DNA of 64,000 nt from an uncultured Bdellovibrionales bacterium (GTDB taxonomy: Bacteria > Bdellovibrionota_C > UBA2361 > SZUA-149 > CAZDWZ01): the NCBI GenBank assembly GCA_964509425.1, contig CAZDWZ010000005.1:193604-257603 (forward strand), in the 5' to 3' direction. The first letter of the stretch is position 1; each line of letters begins with the position of its first letter. The notes below the pieces were generated by a model. The model had not been told where the DNA came from. It worked only from the letters and a program-made list of their open reading frames with translations, and did no database searches. Made by a program: the position numbers and the translations under genes. This document shows, one piece after another, positions 39,205 to 48,889 of the stretch.

Positions 39205-40266
39205 ATGAAACAAGCACTTAAGCTGGCGCTTCTTTTTCTTTCATTCACGTTCATTTGCCTGTCTGCTTGGGTCTTCTTCACCGCTCCCGGGGCGACGGTC
39301 ACTTTCAATCGTAACCTTCATAAACTCGAGACGAGACCTTACGAAGTAAAATTCTGCCCGGCTGATGTCTCCGGGGGTCTTCTGGCCTTGCTCGATACCG
39401 TCGCAGATTGGCGAATCCACTCCCGAGAGCCGAGAGATCCGGAGAGCGTCTGTTTCCCTTGGAACGCCGCCGTCGTAGCCGGGGCCATCGTCTCAATGCT
39501 TTTTTCATTTCTCTTCACACGCTCTGCCCGTACTCACAATCGTCTCAATCGAATGCTCAGATTCAATTTCGCTGCTCTCGGTTTCTGTGCTCTCACGAGC
39601 CTCACGTTGGCCGTCTACATTTCGCTTGAGTATTGGAACTATGGCATTTGGCCTCCCGCTCTTAATCCCAAGGTCACCGAGGCGGTTCGCGTAGCTGCTT
39701 TCTCAGAATTTAATGTGTCGGGAGACATCGTGTCCGGTCGAAGTCTCAACCACATCGACGAGGAACTTCCTTTCATCGGTCGCGCCTATCGAAGTTTTGT
39801 CAGTCGGAAACTCCTCGACGGCGAAACATCGCGCTTCGAAGGAGAACGACTAAGGTCAATCCTCACGGCAATTCAATCATCCGGTGAACTTTTCGAGTCG
39901 ACGACGGGGTACTCTTCAAGTTCGAGATTCAACGGTTACGCTCTTGAACTCCGAGCTCCAAACGGTGATCATTTCTACTTCGTAGAAGCGCTCGGCGGCC
40001 AAGTTTCAAATGACCATTATCCATTCTACGAGTTCACTGTGCATGGCAATGCACCGGACACACCACCTACCATCACTCACCGGAACCGCTTTTACTTCGA
40101 TGTCGCCGGACTTGAAGGCATGACCGCCCTCGGCCTCGCTCTCGTCTTCACCATAACCGGAAACACCGCTTTCGCGCTGCTTCTCACACTCCAACTGATC
40201 CTAAAGGCCGTGCCGAGAGCGGTTTCACGGAGAAGTTTTCTTCTCCTGGTACCGGGTTCATCCTGA
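39205..40266 (+). CDS. Hypothetical membrane protein (4 predicted TM helices)
   Basis: A GGAGG sequence lies 7 nt upstream of the ATG at 39205. Confidence 0.45.
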   Translation: MKQALKLALLFLSFTFICLSAWVFFTAPGATVTFNRNLHKLETRPYEVKFCPADVSGGLLALLDTVADWRIHSREPRDPESVCFPWNAAVVAGAIVSMLFSFLFTRSARTHNRLNRMLRFNFAALGFCALTSLTLAVYISLEYWNYGIWPPALNPKVTEAVRVAAFSEFNVSGDIVSGRSLNHIDEELPFIGRAYRSFVSRKLLDGETSRFEGERLRSILTAIQSSGELFESTTGYSSSSRFNGYALELRAPNGDHFYFVEALGGQVSNDHYPFYEFTVHGNAPDTPPTITHRNRFYFDVAGLEGMTALGLALVFTITGNTAFALLLTLQLILKAVPRAVSRRSFLLLVPGSS

Positions 40267-40561
40267 GCCCCGAAGATTGCTGAGCGCGAATCGGCGTGAA
40301 GAATCTCGAAAATACAGTCAGAGCCTCTCTTCATAGCCTCAGTGCGTCCGATAAGTGTCTCCACAAAGCAAGCGCGAAACGCTCGATGATCCTCCATTCC
40401 CTCACCGAGGAGCTGCAACGGAGCATCGAGGTCGATCCAATCTGCGCGGAGAAACGACGCGTAATCGATGAACAGCGTTAAAATATCAGCAGAGAGCAGG
40501 GGGTGGGGGCACTCGAGGAGCGTAAGCGAAATTTGGAGCGGTGAGGTGAAGTGAAACTCGC

Positions 40562-41503
40562 CTAGCCAGGCGAGAAAACGGGCGGTCGATAGGTCCCCGC
40601 CGGAAACTTCACATCAAGCTTTCCAAGCCGGTACAACTTCACCGCGACCTTGTATGCTTGGTAAATCGAGAAATACCATTCCAAGAAACGCTTCTTCGCC
40701 TCGGGACATTGGGTGAGAACCAGCGGGCGCTTGCTGTCTCTCTTACTCTTCTTCGTGGTCTTCGGCAGGCTACCAGGGACAGTGTTCAGCAGCTGCTCGC
40801 GTGTGAGAAACCCAAGGCCCTTCGCCTTCCGCTCCTTCACAAGCTCAACCCTCAGCTCTTCTCGCTTCTTGAGCATCAGCTTCTTGTACTGCCGCTGCGT
40901 GAGATGCTCATAGCCGGGAAGTCGCTTGAATTCTAAAACGTGCTCCGTCGTGAAGTCCTCAGGCTTCAGCTTCTTATTGAAGCGCTTTCGGTCTCTATAC
41001 GTTGCCCAGTCCACCCAACGGAGGATTCGCTTTCTGCCGTTGATGGCGTCATGAAAGGAGTTATATCCCGGATATTCGTCCGGAAATTCGCTGAGTCCGT
41101 GCTCTACGGCTTGGAGCGATGAGTACAAGAAATAGCTCTCGACATCCTGAGGAAGGGGAAGTGCCTGCTCCGAATAGCGTCTCTCGAATACTGGCCCACC
41201 TTCGAAGCCATCAACAAAGTGTCGGACTCCTTCGGCAATCCGCGCGTTTAGGTCTCGATAGAAATGGCTCCGATTCAAGTTTGGAAACAGTGCCACCTCA
41301 TGATGGTGGTTCCCCATGAGGCAATACGAATAGAGATCGACTCCGTACTTCTCCTGGTATCGAGCGAGGTGCGTGAGACAATGATTCTCGAGCTTCGGGT
41401 TGTTTACGAACCAGAGGCGAGAATTGATGGTCCGCGAGGTGATCAGGGACCAATAATCCGCACATTCGACGCGCAGGGGCTGAGACTGACGTTTGAGAGA
41501 CAT
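40562..41503 (-). CDS. IS200/RAYT-like HuH Y1 transposase-domain protein with a long Lys/Arg-rich C-terminal extension
   Basis: LYSYCLMGNHHHEVALFP resembles the HuH block LHAYVLMPNHVHLLV. FERRYSEQAL resembles the catalytic-Tyr block WQRxYYEH. Confidence 0.5.
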   Translation of the reverse strand: MSLKRQSQPLRVECADYWSLITSRTINSRLWFVNNPKLENHCLTHLARYQEKYGVDLYSYCLMGNHHHEVALFPNLNRSHFYRDLNARIAEGVRHFVDGFEGGPVFERRYSEQALPLPQDVESYFLYSSLQAVEHGLSEFPDEYPGYNSFHDAINGRKRILRWVDWATYRDRKRFNKKLKPEDFTTEHVLEFKRLPGYEHLTQRQYKKLMLKKREELRVELVKERKAKGLGFLTREQLLNTVPGSLPKTTKKSKRDSKRPLVLTQCPEAKKRFLEWYFSIYQAYKVAVKLYRLGKLDVKFPAGTYRPPVFSPG

Positions 41504-41668
41504 TTCCGTTCCTGGGTTTGGTGGCCAGGAGTTCTATCGACGAAAGCTTCGGAAGTGTTTCCTCGGGATCGGACTTTTTTCGATTGGTAAGAGTTGGTGA
41601 ATGAGATATCGGACGCCCTGAGGACATGTTGTCAGACGATTCCTTCGGGCCCCAGGAGAGTGAACCAA

Positions 41669-42253
41669 ATGACAAGATTCGAAAAATGGGTGTTCCGGAT
41701 TGGTCTGGGCGGCGGATTCTTGCTTCTCGCATTCCTCTTTTTGGCGGAAGCGCTGGATATTCATAGATGCGTCGGCGACCGCGTCGAGATAATTCACAGC
41801 ATTCCTCTCAACGAGAGTGAATGGATTAGCCTTGGGACGCCAGCGATTGAAGCCGAAATTTCTGAGCGTTCCATAAGGGATGCAGTGGCGGATGAACGCG
41901 CATTATTTCCTTTTGTTTCAGTTGGGAAGAGCACTGAAGAGAGAGTACTTCAGGCAAAAAATCGGTACATTCTAGTCAAAGCACCACGCGAAAGAATACG
42001 GGAAGTGTTCGGCGCGCTTGGAACACGGGAAAGGATTTCTCTTCATCTCGCCGTGCTAAATCGTCTTGCTTCGCTACAGGGATGCGCATTTTCAATGATG
42101 CTGGAATTTTACGCTCACATGAGTGTCTTCGCCACTGACTCGAGAGATCTACTCGGAGTTCTCATCCCCGTTCGGTGGGGTATATACCTCATCCTCGGCT
42201 CGTTGGTGTTCCGCGCGCTTGTTGCGCGAAGGGAAAAAAAATTTGGCCCTTGA
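41669..42253 (+). CDS. Hypothetical membrane protein
   Basis: ORF with N- and C-terminal TM helices. Confidence 0.3.
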   Translation: MTRFEKWVFRIGLGGGFLLLAFLFLAEALDIHRCVGDRVEIIHSIPLNESEWISLGTPAIEAEISERSIRDAVADERALFPFVSVGKSTEERVLQAKNRYILVKAPRERIREVFGALGTRERISLHLAVLNRLASLQGCAFSMMLEFYAHMSVFATDSRDLLGVLIPVRWGIYLILGSLVFRALVARREKKFGP

Positions 42254-42668
42254 TCTTGTCCTCCCCCCGATCTTCACATCCTCAGAGCGGAACGCCACTT
42301 AGTTAAGCGGGACGGGTGGGAGAAGATTGTAAAAGATGCAGCGACTAGCACCCTTGGAGATACATTTTATAGCAAGTGGATACTCACGAGTTGAATTTTG
42401 CCCGCTGTCTTCCGCTTCAAGAAATCTCACCTTGCTTCCGTTTTTCGCGATCGCAGCAAAAACGGTTCTGTGATTTCATTCCGTTACAGCTTCACTAAGT
42501 GGCATTGCGCCTTAAGGACACTCTGTCTCGAAGATACGCTGCCTCGAAACTCCCGCAGACTAGCCGGGGTGCGGATTCACTAAGGATCGGCGGCCCGGCG
42601 GAGGATTGGTTATTCCTCCGCCGGACGCGCGAACCTGAAGCGGTGCCGGGTCTCCGGACCGCATTGCG

Positions 42669-43802
42669 TCACAGCTCGGTGGTGTCGGGCGGCGTGAGCC
42701 ACGCACTGTTCTGAGCTGACGACTGGTACATCGTGTCCACCGTGAGCGCCGGGAGAGCCGCGACGGCGAGTTCGAGCGGGTAGCTATCGGTTTCGCCCAA
42801 CGCCCACTCGGCGAAGGCGCGGATGTTTTCGCGGTGGCCGGCGTGGCCGATGGCGAGCGGGTTGCTGGCGGCGTTCCCGGAGGCCGGAGTGCCGTGTTCG
42901 CGCATCATCTCGTCCGTCTCGGCCGCTTCGCCGAGGTCCCACAGCGTGAGGGCGTTCCCACTCACTTCGATCTTCCCCCGCGTGCCGTAGACCGCGAACT
43001 TCTTCGCCCCGTCCCTCGCGCCGCCGGCCCCGGTGGTGCAGCCGATGGTCGCGAGCGAGCCGTCCCGCATCTGGAGCAAGACGGCGGCGGTGTCCTCGAC
43101 GTCGATCTTCCCGAACCGCTCGTCGGTGCCGGTGTGGGCGAGGTTGGAGCAGATCGCGGTGAGCCGGGAGACCGGGTTCACGCCGGGAGCGAGCCGCATC
43201 GCGCCCGAGGCGAGGAGGGTCAACTGTCCCACCTCGTGCAACGTCTGGTTCATCAGCACCCCGCCGTCGGAGGCCGCCTTGGCGCGCCAATCCGCCGAGT
43301 CGAAGTACGCCTTCCCGCGGAACCACGGCAGGTTCACCTGCCAGAGCAGGATGTTGCCGAGCCGGCCGGAGACGATCGCGTTTAGCGCCGCGCGGTAGAC
43401 GGGGAGGTAGAAGTGCTGGAGGATGCCCCCCACCTTCGTGCCCGACTTCTTCGCGGCGTCGCGGAGCGCCTGCCACTCGGCGATGTTCATGACGAGGGGC
43501 TTCTCGCCGAGGTAGGCGACGCCGTTCTCGCAGCAGTCGATCCCGTTCTGGACGTGGCCACCGCTCCCCGAGCAGTCGATGGCGATGCGCGGCTTGGTCT
43601 GTTCGAGCATACGGCGGACGTTGTCGAAGCCGAGCACCGGCGTGCCGTCGGCGTTCGTGACCCCGGCCGCGAACTCCGCGGCCTTCCCCGGCGTGCGGCG
43701 GGACACGCCCACCAAGTTGAAGCCGAGGTCGGCGAGGGCGGGCACGACAGCGCTCTTCGCGATGCCCCCGGCGCCGATGATGGCGACAGTCGTACGTTGC
43801 AT
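42669..43802 (-). CDS. Gfo/Idh/MocA-family oxidoreductase, in a markedly GC-rich segment
   Basis: VAIIGAGGIAKSAVVPAL is a Rossmann start, followed by EKPL. Local GC is well above the window average, and all six frames are open here. Confidence 0.75.
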   Translation of the reverse strand: MQRTTVAIIGAGGIAKSAVVPALADLGFNLVGVSRRTPGKAAEFAAGVTNADGTPVLGFDNVRRMLEQTKPRIAIDCSGSGGHVQNGIDCCENGVAYLGEKPLVMNIAEWQALRDAAKKSGTKVGGILQHFYLPVYRAALNAIVSGRLGNILLWQVNLPWFRGKAYFDSADWRAKAASDGGVLMNQTLHEVGQLTLLASGAMRLAPGVNPVSRLTAICSNLAHTGTDERFGKIDVEDTAAVLLQMRDGSLATIGCTTGAGGARDGAKKFAVYGTRGKIEVSGNALTLWDLGEAAETDEMMREHGTPASGNAASNPLAIGHAGHRENIRAFAEWALGETDSYPLELAVAALPALTVDTMYQSSAQNSAWLTPPDTTEL

Positions 43803-44046
43803 AACAGGGCCTCCTTCAGGCGACAGACACAGTGTGACGGTGAGTGAAGCTTCCTTGCAAAACCTGGCAGCCGATCCTTAGCAGGCGAGAACGCCGCGTT
43901 CGTAAAATGCCGCGCGCCCGCTAAGGAAGGTGAATCCGTAGACAAAAATAGAGAGTTGAGAAAAGAGCGAACTGGAAATCCGGGCGTTGTTTATCCTCTC
44001 CCGAAGTTCGAGGTCAATGCGGAGGCTGGAATTGCTTTAAACTTCG

Positions 44047-45060
44047 CTACTTGGCTGGGCGGATGTAGACAAGACTCTGCTCTGCAAGTTTGAGGAGTGT
44101 CTCGGGCGGCACTCCGAGATCAAATGCCAGAGCGAAGTTATCGATCAGTGACTTCCCGAATATCCCGGGATCATCGGACGCGATAACGAGGGGAAGCCCC
44201 TCGGCGATGAGCTGCGGAAGCGGATGAAGCTCTTTGGTCTTGATGCCGAGGGCGATATTGCTCCAAGGACAAACCTCGAGCGGAATTCCGGTCTTTTTTA
44301 GCTTGGCGACAAGCTCCGGATCCTCAAGCGCCGATATGCCGTGCCCGATGCGCTCTGGAGCTCCGGCATTAAGCGCATCCCAGATGCTCTCGCTTCCCTC
44401 CGTTTCTCCGGCATGAATGAGAACTGCGAAGCCTTCCGCCTTCGCTTGTTGAAACGCTTCGGTGAAATTTTTTGCGGGAAAGCCGTTTTCCAATCCGGCA
44501 AGCCCGATTGCCCGAACGTTGGCTCCAGAATTCCGCGCGCGGATCGCGTACTGAATCGTATCCGCCGCGGGTTGAGGACTGTTTCGCACGATGTCGAAAA
44601 TCCAGGCTATGTGAACGCCGTAGGTTGCCCGAGCCAGGCGCTGGCCTTCGACCAGTCCGTCGAAGAGATCTTGAGGACTGATGTTCAAGGCCGTTAATGT
44701 CGACGGGGTGACGTAAATCTCTGCCGCGATCACCCCGTCCTCAAAAGCGGCTGCCGCATAGCGTTCCGCGATCGTGGCGATATCTTTCGCGTCGCAAATG
44801 CATTCTGAGATCTTCACATACAAGCGAATGAAATCCCGAAATGTGCCGCTTTCGAATGGCCCTTGACGGTGCTCTGGGAGGGGAGGCCGAATCTCGCGGC
44901 CGCCGGCGACAAAAACTGGAGTCTCCAAGGGAATATCGTTTTTTTCCGCGAGGGCGGTCAGAGTTTCTATATTCACGCTACCCTCCAAGTGGACATGGAG
45001 GTCCGCCTTCGGGGTATCTTTTAGCTTCGCTATGAAGTTATTCTTTTCCAAAGTTTCCAC
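44047..45060 (-). CDS. add: Adenosine/adenine deaminase family protein
   Basis: Carries KADLHVHLEGS and VLIHAGE, the metal-binding motifs. Confidence 0.8.
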   Translation of the reverse strand: METLEKNNFIAKLKDTPKADLHVHLEGSVNIETLTALAEKNDIPLETPVFVAGGREIRPPLPEHRQGPFESGTFRDFIRLYVKISECICDAKDIATIAERYAAAAFEDGVIAAEIYVTPSTLTALNISPQDLFDGLVEGQRLARATYGVHIAWIFDIVRNSPQPAADTIQYAIRARNSGANVRAIGLAGLENGFPAKNFTEAFQQAKAEGFAVLIHAGETEGSESIWDALNAGAPERIGHGISALEDPELVAKLKKTGIPLEVCPWSNIALGIKTKELHPLPQLIAEGLPLVIASDDPGIFGKSLIDNFALAFDLGVPPETLLKLAEQSLVYIRPAK

Positions 45061-45430
45061 CGTCTATTTCTCAACAATCTTCGGTGACACCAAGAGGCGC
45101 TTAATCTATAGTGCCGGGCTCGGTGAATTCTTGAAATAGGTCAGGGTTCACCAGGCATCGCCCGCTCTAGATACGGATTGAGCGCGGCTTGGCCGGCAAT
45201 CTAGTGCCGCTTCCGCGAATTGAACGAATAACTCGTTTGATTCTTGCGGAACGCGAGGCGCAGCCGAGCCAGCAAGATCTAGTTCTTCAACACTATGGAA
45301 AACAGTGCCGAAGGCTCAAGTTTACGACATTTCTTACCGGTTGAAGCACTAGTCTCCGTTCCATCCGGGCCACAGATGAGAATCAAATTTTGGTCGTTCA
45401 ACTCGTGAACGAAGACTCGATGACCACCCT

Positions 45431-46840
45431 ATGAGTTCTTCCGGCTTTCAATTTCAAACTTCTGAGGATGCGTCTCCGGCGGAGTCTGCTTCCCGGAAAA
45501 ATGCGCCGCTTCCGCCCGGCACGATTCTCATCGAGGGCGTATCGAAGCGATTCCGGAAGCATACCGTCGCCAAGAAATCTTATACTACCATCAAATCGAG
45601 CCTTGTTGAGCGATTCTTTCAAGGCCGGTATCCGAAAGAAAACTTTTTGCCGGCGCTTATTGATTTGAACGTTCGGATCGATCCCGGAAAGTCGCTCGGG
45701 GTTATCGGAAGAAACGGGTCGGGGAAGTCGACGCTTCTAAAACTCATCGCAGGGATCTACCGCCCGGATCAGGGGACGGTAAAGGTCAGCGGCAAAATTT
45801 CGGCCCTCATCGAGCTCGGCGCGGGGTTTCATCCTGACTTTTCAGGCCGGGAGAATATCTACCTGGGCGGGGTGATGTTCGGGCTCAGCAAGAAAGAAAT
45901 TCAGGCACGCTTTGACGACATCGTGCAATACGCCGAACTCGAGGATTTCATCGATGACCCCGTCCGGACGTATTCCTCGGGAATGTATATGCGTCTTGGA
46001 TTCAGCCTCGCGATCCATACTGACCCCGATATCCTTCTCGTGGATGAGGTTCTCGCCGTCGGCGACGCGTCCTTCGTGCAGCGGTGTCACAATACGATTT
46101 CCGAGTTCCGGAGACGGGGGAAGACACTCCTCTTCGTGACTCATGACCTGAGCTCGGTCGAACGCTGGTGTGATGAGGCAATCTGGCTCGACAAGGCGAA
46201 GGTGCGAGAGCGCGGGGACCCGCGGCGGGTCATCGACGCCTACCTCGAACGCGTCCAGGTGGGCGAAGAGGCCGAGCTTGAATTGCAGAACTCCGGTCCG
46301 GCGGGCGTTGATGCCTCGCGGCGCGCAGTCTCGAAGCGGCCGGTCGACAGCGAGCACCGTTGGGGCTCGGGCGAAGTCGAAATTCTCGAAGTTCAAATGT
46401 TTGGGCTGGAAGGGGACGGCCGGTGGATCTTCCGCGAGGATGAGGTTGTCCGCATTGATGTGCGCTACCGGTTGCACAAACCCATCGAGGATCTCGTCTT
46501 CGGGATAGGCATCGTCAGAGCTGACGGCGTTGTCGTTCACGGAAGTAATTCCGACATTGACGAACAACGAGTCCCGCTTCCGAAACGGGAAAACTTTCAG
46601 GAAGGGTCGGAAGGGGTGTATCGAGTGCGTATCGATCGGCTCGGGCTCACGGAAGACAGTTATTTTCTCGACGTCGCGATTCACCGGCGGGATGGGACGC
46701 CCTACGACTACCATCACTTGGTCTATCGATTCTCAGTGCGTTCGCAGAAAAAATATCATGGGATTTATGTGCCAGAGCATTTCTGGGAATTTCTACCGAA
46801 TTATCCGGCAGAGAATGTCGTCATGAAGCGGAAGGGTTAG
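45431..46840 (+). CDS. wzt: ABC transporter ATP-binding protein Wzt/TagH type, with a C-terminal glycan-binding domain
   Basis: Carries Walker A GRNGSGKST, LSGGM and Walker B LLVDE. An extra ~200-aa C-terminal beta domain follows. Confidence 0.85.
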   Translation: MSSSGFQFQTSEDASPAESASRKNAPLPPGTILIEGVSKRFRKHTVAKKSYTTIKSSLVERFFQGRYPKENFLPALIDLNVRIDPGKSLGVIGRNGSGKSTLLKLIAGIYRPDQGTVKVSGKISALIELGAGFHPDFSGRENIYLGGVMFGLSKKEIQARFDDIVQYAELEDFIDDPVRTYSSGMYMRLGFSLAIHTDPDILLVDEVLAVGDASFVQRCHNTISEFRRRGKTLLFVTHDLSSVERWCDEAIWLDKAKVRERGDPRRVIDAYLERVQVGEEAELELQNSGPAGVDASRRAVSKRPVDSEHRWGSGEVEILEVQMFGLEGDGRWIFREDEVVRIDVRYRLHKPIEDLVFGIGIVRADGVVVHGSNSDIDEQRVPLPKRENFQEGSEGVYRVRIDRLGLTEDSYFLDVAIHRRDGTPYDYHHLVYRFSVRSQKKYHGIYVPEHFWEFLPNYPAENVVMKRKG

Positions 46841-46968
46841 CCCTTCAACCGGGAGTAGATAATGCGGCAACTGACGAAAGACTGTTTTGTTCGAATGGCC
46901 AAAGTAACCCCTTATGCCGGCTCGGTGTTGCCTCGCATGCCGCATTCGGAATTGCGGCGACTCCCCAA

Positions 46969-47769
46969 TTGCAAGCTGGGGCGGCAATAATGTTCAGAAA
47001 TCTTTCCGAGCTCTGGAAATTCCGTTCGCTTATCTTCGCCCTTGTGAGCCGACATCTTCGCGCGCGCTACCGTGGGTCCCTGCTCGGATTTCTATGGTCA
47101 TTCTTAAACCCGCTTTGCCTCATCGCCGTCTACTCACTTGTTTTCCAGTATTATATTCGCTTCAACGAAGTGGATAAGTATTCGCTGTTTCTCTTTGCCG
47201 GACTTCTGCCCTGGATCTGGTTCTCTTCTGGGCTCCTTGAGGCGACAAGTTCCATCAGCGGCGGGGGGAGTCTCGTGACGAAGGCGATGTTCCCGGCTCA
47301 CATACTGCCGGTCGTATCGGTCCTTACGAACCTGGCGAATTTCCTGTTTGCGATTCCGCTTCTTTTCCTTTTTATGCTCGCGGTTGGAAAGAGCGTCGAG
47401 CCCAGCTTATTGTTTCTGCCACTCGTTATTTTCATCGAGCTGATATTTCTCGCAGGACTTTCTCTCGCCGTCTCGGCTTTGAACGTCCACTACCGCGATA
47501 TTCAGCATATTCTCGGGAACCTGATGACGCTCTGGTTTTTCTTGTGTCCCATCGTCTATCCCGCTTCGAACGTTCCCGAGAAGTTTCGATTCACGCTCCT
47601 CTTGAATCCGGTAGCTGTTTTTACGGAGATGTATCAGGGCATGTTTATAAACGGAGTTTCCCCGCAACCGGAGAAGCTGCTGCTGTCGGCCTGTGTGGCA
47701 GGGATCGCCTGGATTGCAGGCTGCTTAGTGTTCAATCGTTACCGTGAGAGTTTTGCGGAGTTGGTGTAA
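46969..47769 (+). CDS. wzm: ABC-2 type polysaccharide export permease
   Basis: 266 aa with 6 TM helices. Carries the LFALVSRHLRARYRGSLLGFLW motif. Confidence 0.85.
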   Translation: MQAGAAIMFRNLSELWKFRSLIFALVSRHLRARYRGSLLGFLWSFLNPLCLIAVYSLVFQYYIRFNEVDKYSLFLFAGLLPWIWFSSGLLEATSSISGGGSLVTKAMFPAHILPVVSVLTNLANFLFAIPLLFLFMLAVGKSVEPSLLFLPLVIFIELIFLAGLSLAVSALNVHYRDIQHILGNLMTLWFFLCPIVYPASNVPEKFRFTLLLNPVAVFTEMYQGMFINGVSPQPEKLLLSACVAGIAWIAGCLVFNRYRESFAELV

Positions 47770-47797
47770 CCGTGGAGAGCGCGGTGGGGCAGAGAAC

Positions 47798-48889
47798 ATG
47801 AAAATTCATCAGTTCGTTCACACCTTAACCGTCGGGGACGCGATCTCCGATGAGGCTCGTTCCATTTCACGTCTGCTTCGGGCCGAGGGGATTCAGAGCG
47901 AGATTTACTCGGCACATTGGCACGGGAAATACGACGGCGAGGTGCGGAGCTATAAACAGTTTGAAGACGATCTGAATGCTGAGAACGGTGCGCCGGTGGC
48001 GATCGTGCTGCACTACTCAATCGGCTCTCCGCTGAACACTCTGTATCTGTCTCACCCAGGGGTGAAGCGCGCGGTGATTTACCACAACCTCACGCCGGAT
48101 AGGTGGTTTCAGGGATATAATCCGCGAGTCACGAGCGACCTCACCAGGGGAAAGGATGAGCTTCCGCAGATCGTGAACGCAGCGGATCTCTGTCTTGCGG
48201 ACTCCGGATACAACGAGAAGGATCTCTTGGCGCTCGGCGCCAAACGTTCCCATGTGCTGCCACTCCTGGTGGATCTCGCCAAATGGTCGGTGCCGGCAAA
48301 CGCCGGAATCGCCGGAGCTGTCCGCGGGAGAGCCTCGGTGAATGTCGTTCATGTGGGGCGTTTTGCGCCGAATAAGTGCATCGAAGACATCATCCGCGCC
48401 TTTTATTTCTATCACCACAAAATCGAGCAGAAGAGTCACCTGTGGCTCATCGGTTCAGAGGTCGATACGGAGATTTATTCGTTTGAGCTGCGGAACCTGG
48501 TTCGTGAGCTGCGGCTACAGGATGCAGTGTCGTTTCCCGGCAGTCTCGCCGATTCCGAGGTGAAAGCGGTTTACGAGAATGCCGATCTCTATCTCTGCAT
48601 GAGTGAGCACGAGGGATTTTGTGTTCCACTCATCGAGGCGATGTATTTTTCTGTTCCGGTCATCGCCTTTGATTCCTCCGCGGTTGGAGAAACTCTGGGC
48701 GACGGCGGCCTTCTCGTGGGGCGGAAATCTCCAGCGGAGCTCGCCGAGTTGATGGCGGTTGTGATGAGCGACGGCGGACTTCGGGAGAAGCTTAAACAAC
48801 AGGGCAGAAACCGCGTTCAAAAGTTCAGCGAGGAAACATTCCGTCAACATTTGCGGACGCGGTTGATTGAGCCGCTCTTCTCGGCATGA
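47798..48889 (+). CDS. Glycosyltransferase family 4
   Basis: The C-terminus has EHEGFCVPLIEAMYFSVPVIA, the GT4 E-x7-E region. Confidence 0.8.
   Translation: MKIHQFVHTLTVGDAISDEARSISRLLRAEGIQSEIYSAHWHGKYDGEVRSYKQFEDDLNAENGAPVAIVLHYSIGSPLNTLYLSHPGVKRAVIYHNLTPDRWFQGYNPRVTSDLTRGKDELPQIVNAADLCLADSGYNEKDLLALGAKRSHVLPLLVDLAKWSVPANAGIAGAVRGRASVNVVHVGRFAPNKCIEDIIRAFYFYHHKIEQKSHLWLIGSEVDTEIYSFELRNLVRELRLQDAVSFPGSLADSEVKAVYENADLYLCMSEHEGFCVPLIEAMYFSVPVIAFDSSAVGETLGDGGLLVGRKSPAELAELMAVVMSDGGLREKLKQQGRNRVQKFSEETFRQHLRTRLIEPLFSA

Noticed and set aside
42784-43945. Long overlapping ORFs on both strands and in several frames (42784..43476 -, 42834..43385 +, 43413..43847 +, 43487..43945 -)
   Set aside because: These are artefacts of very high GC within the real Gfo/Idh/MocA gene. 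Their translations are Arg/Ala/Gly/Pro-rich with no motifs.
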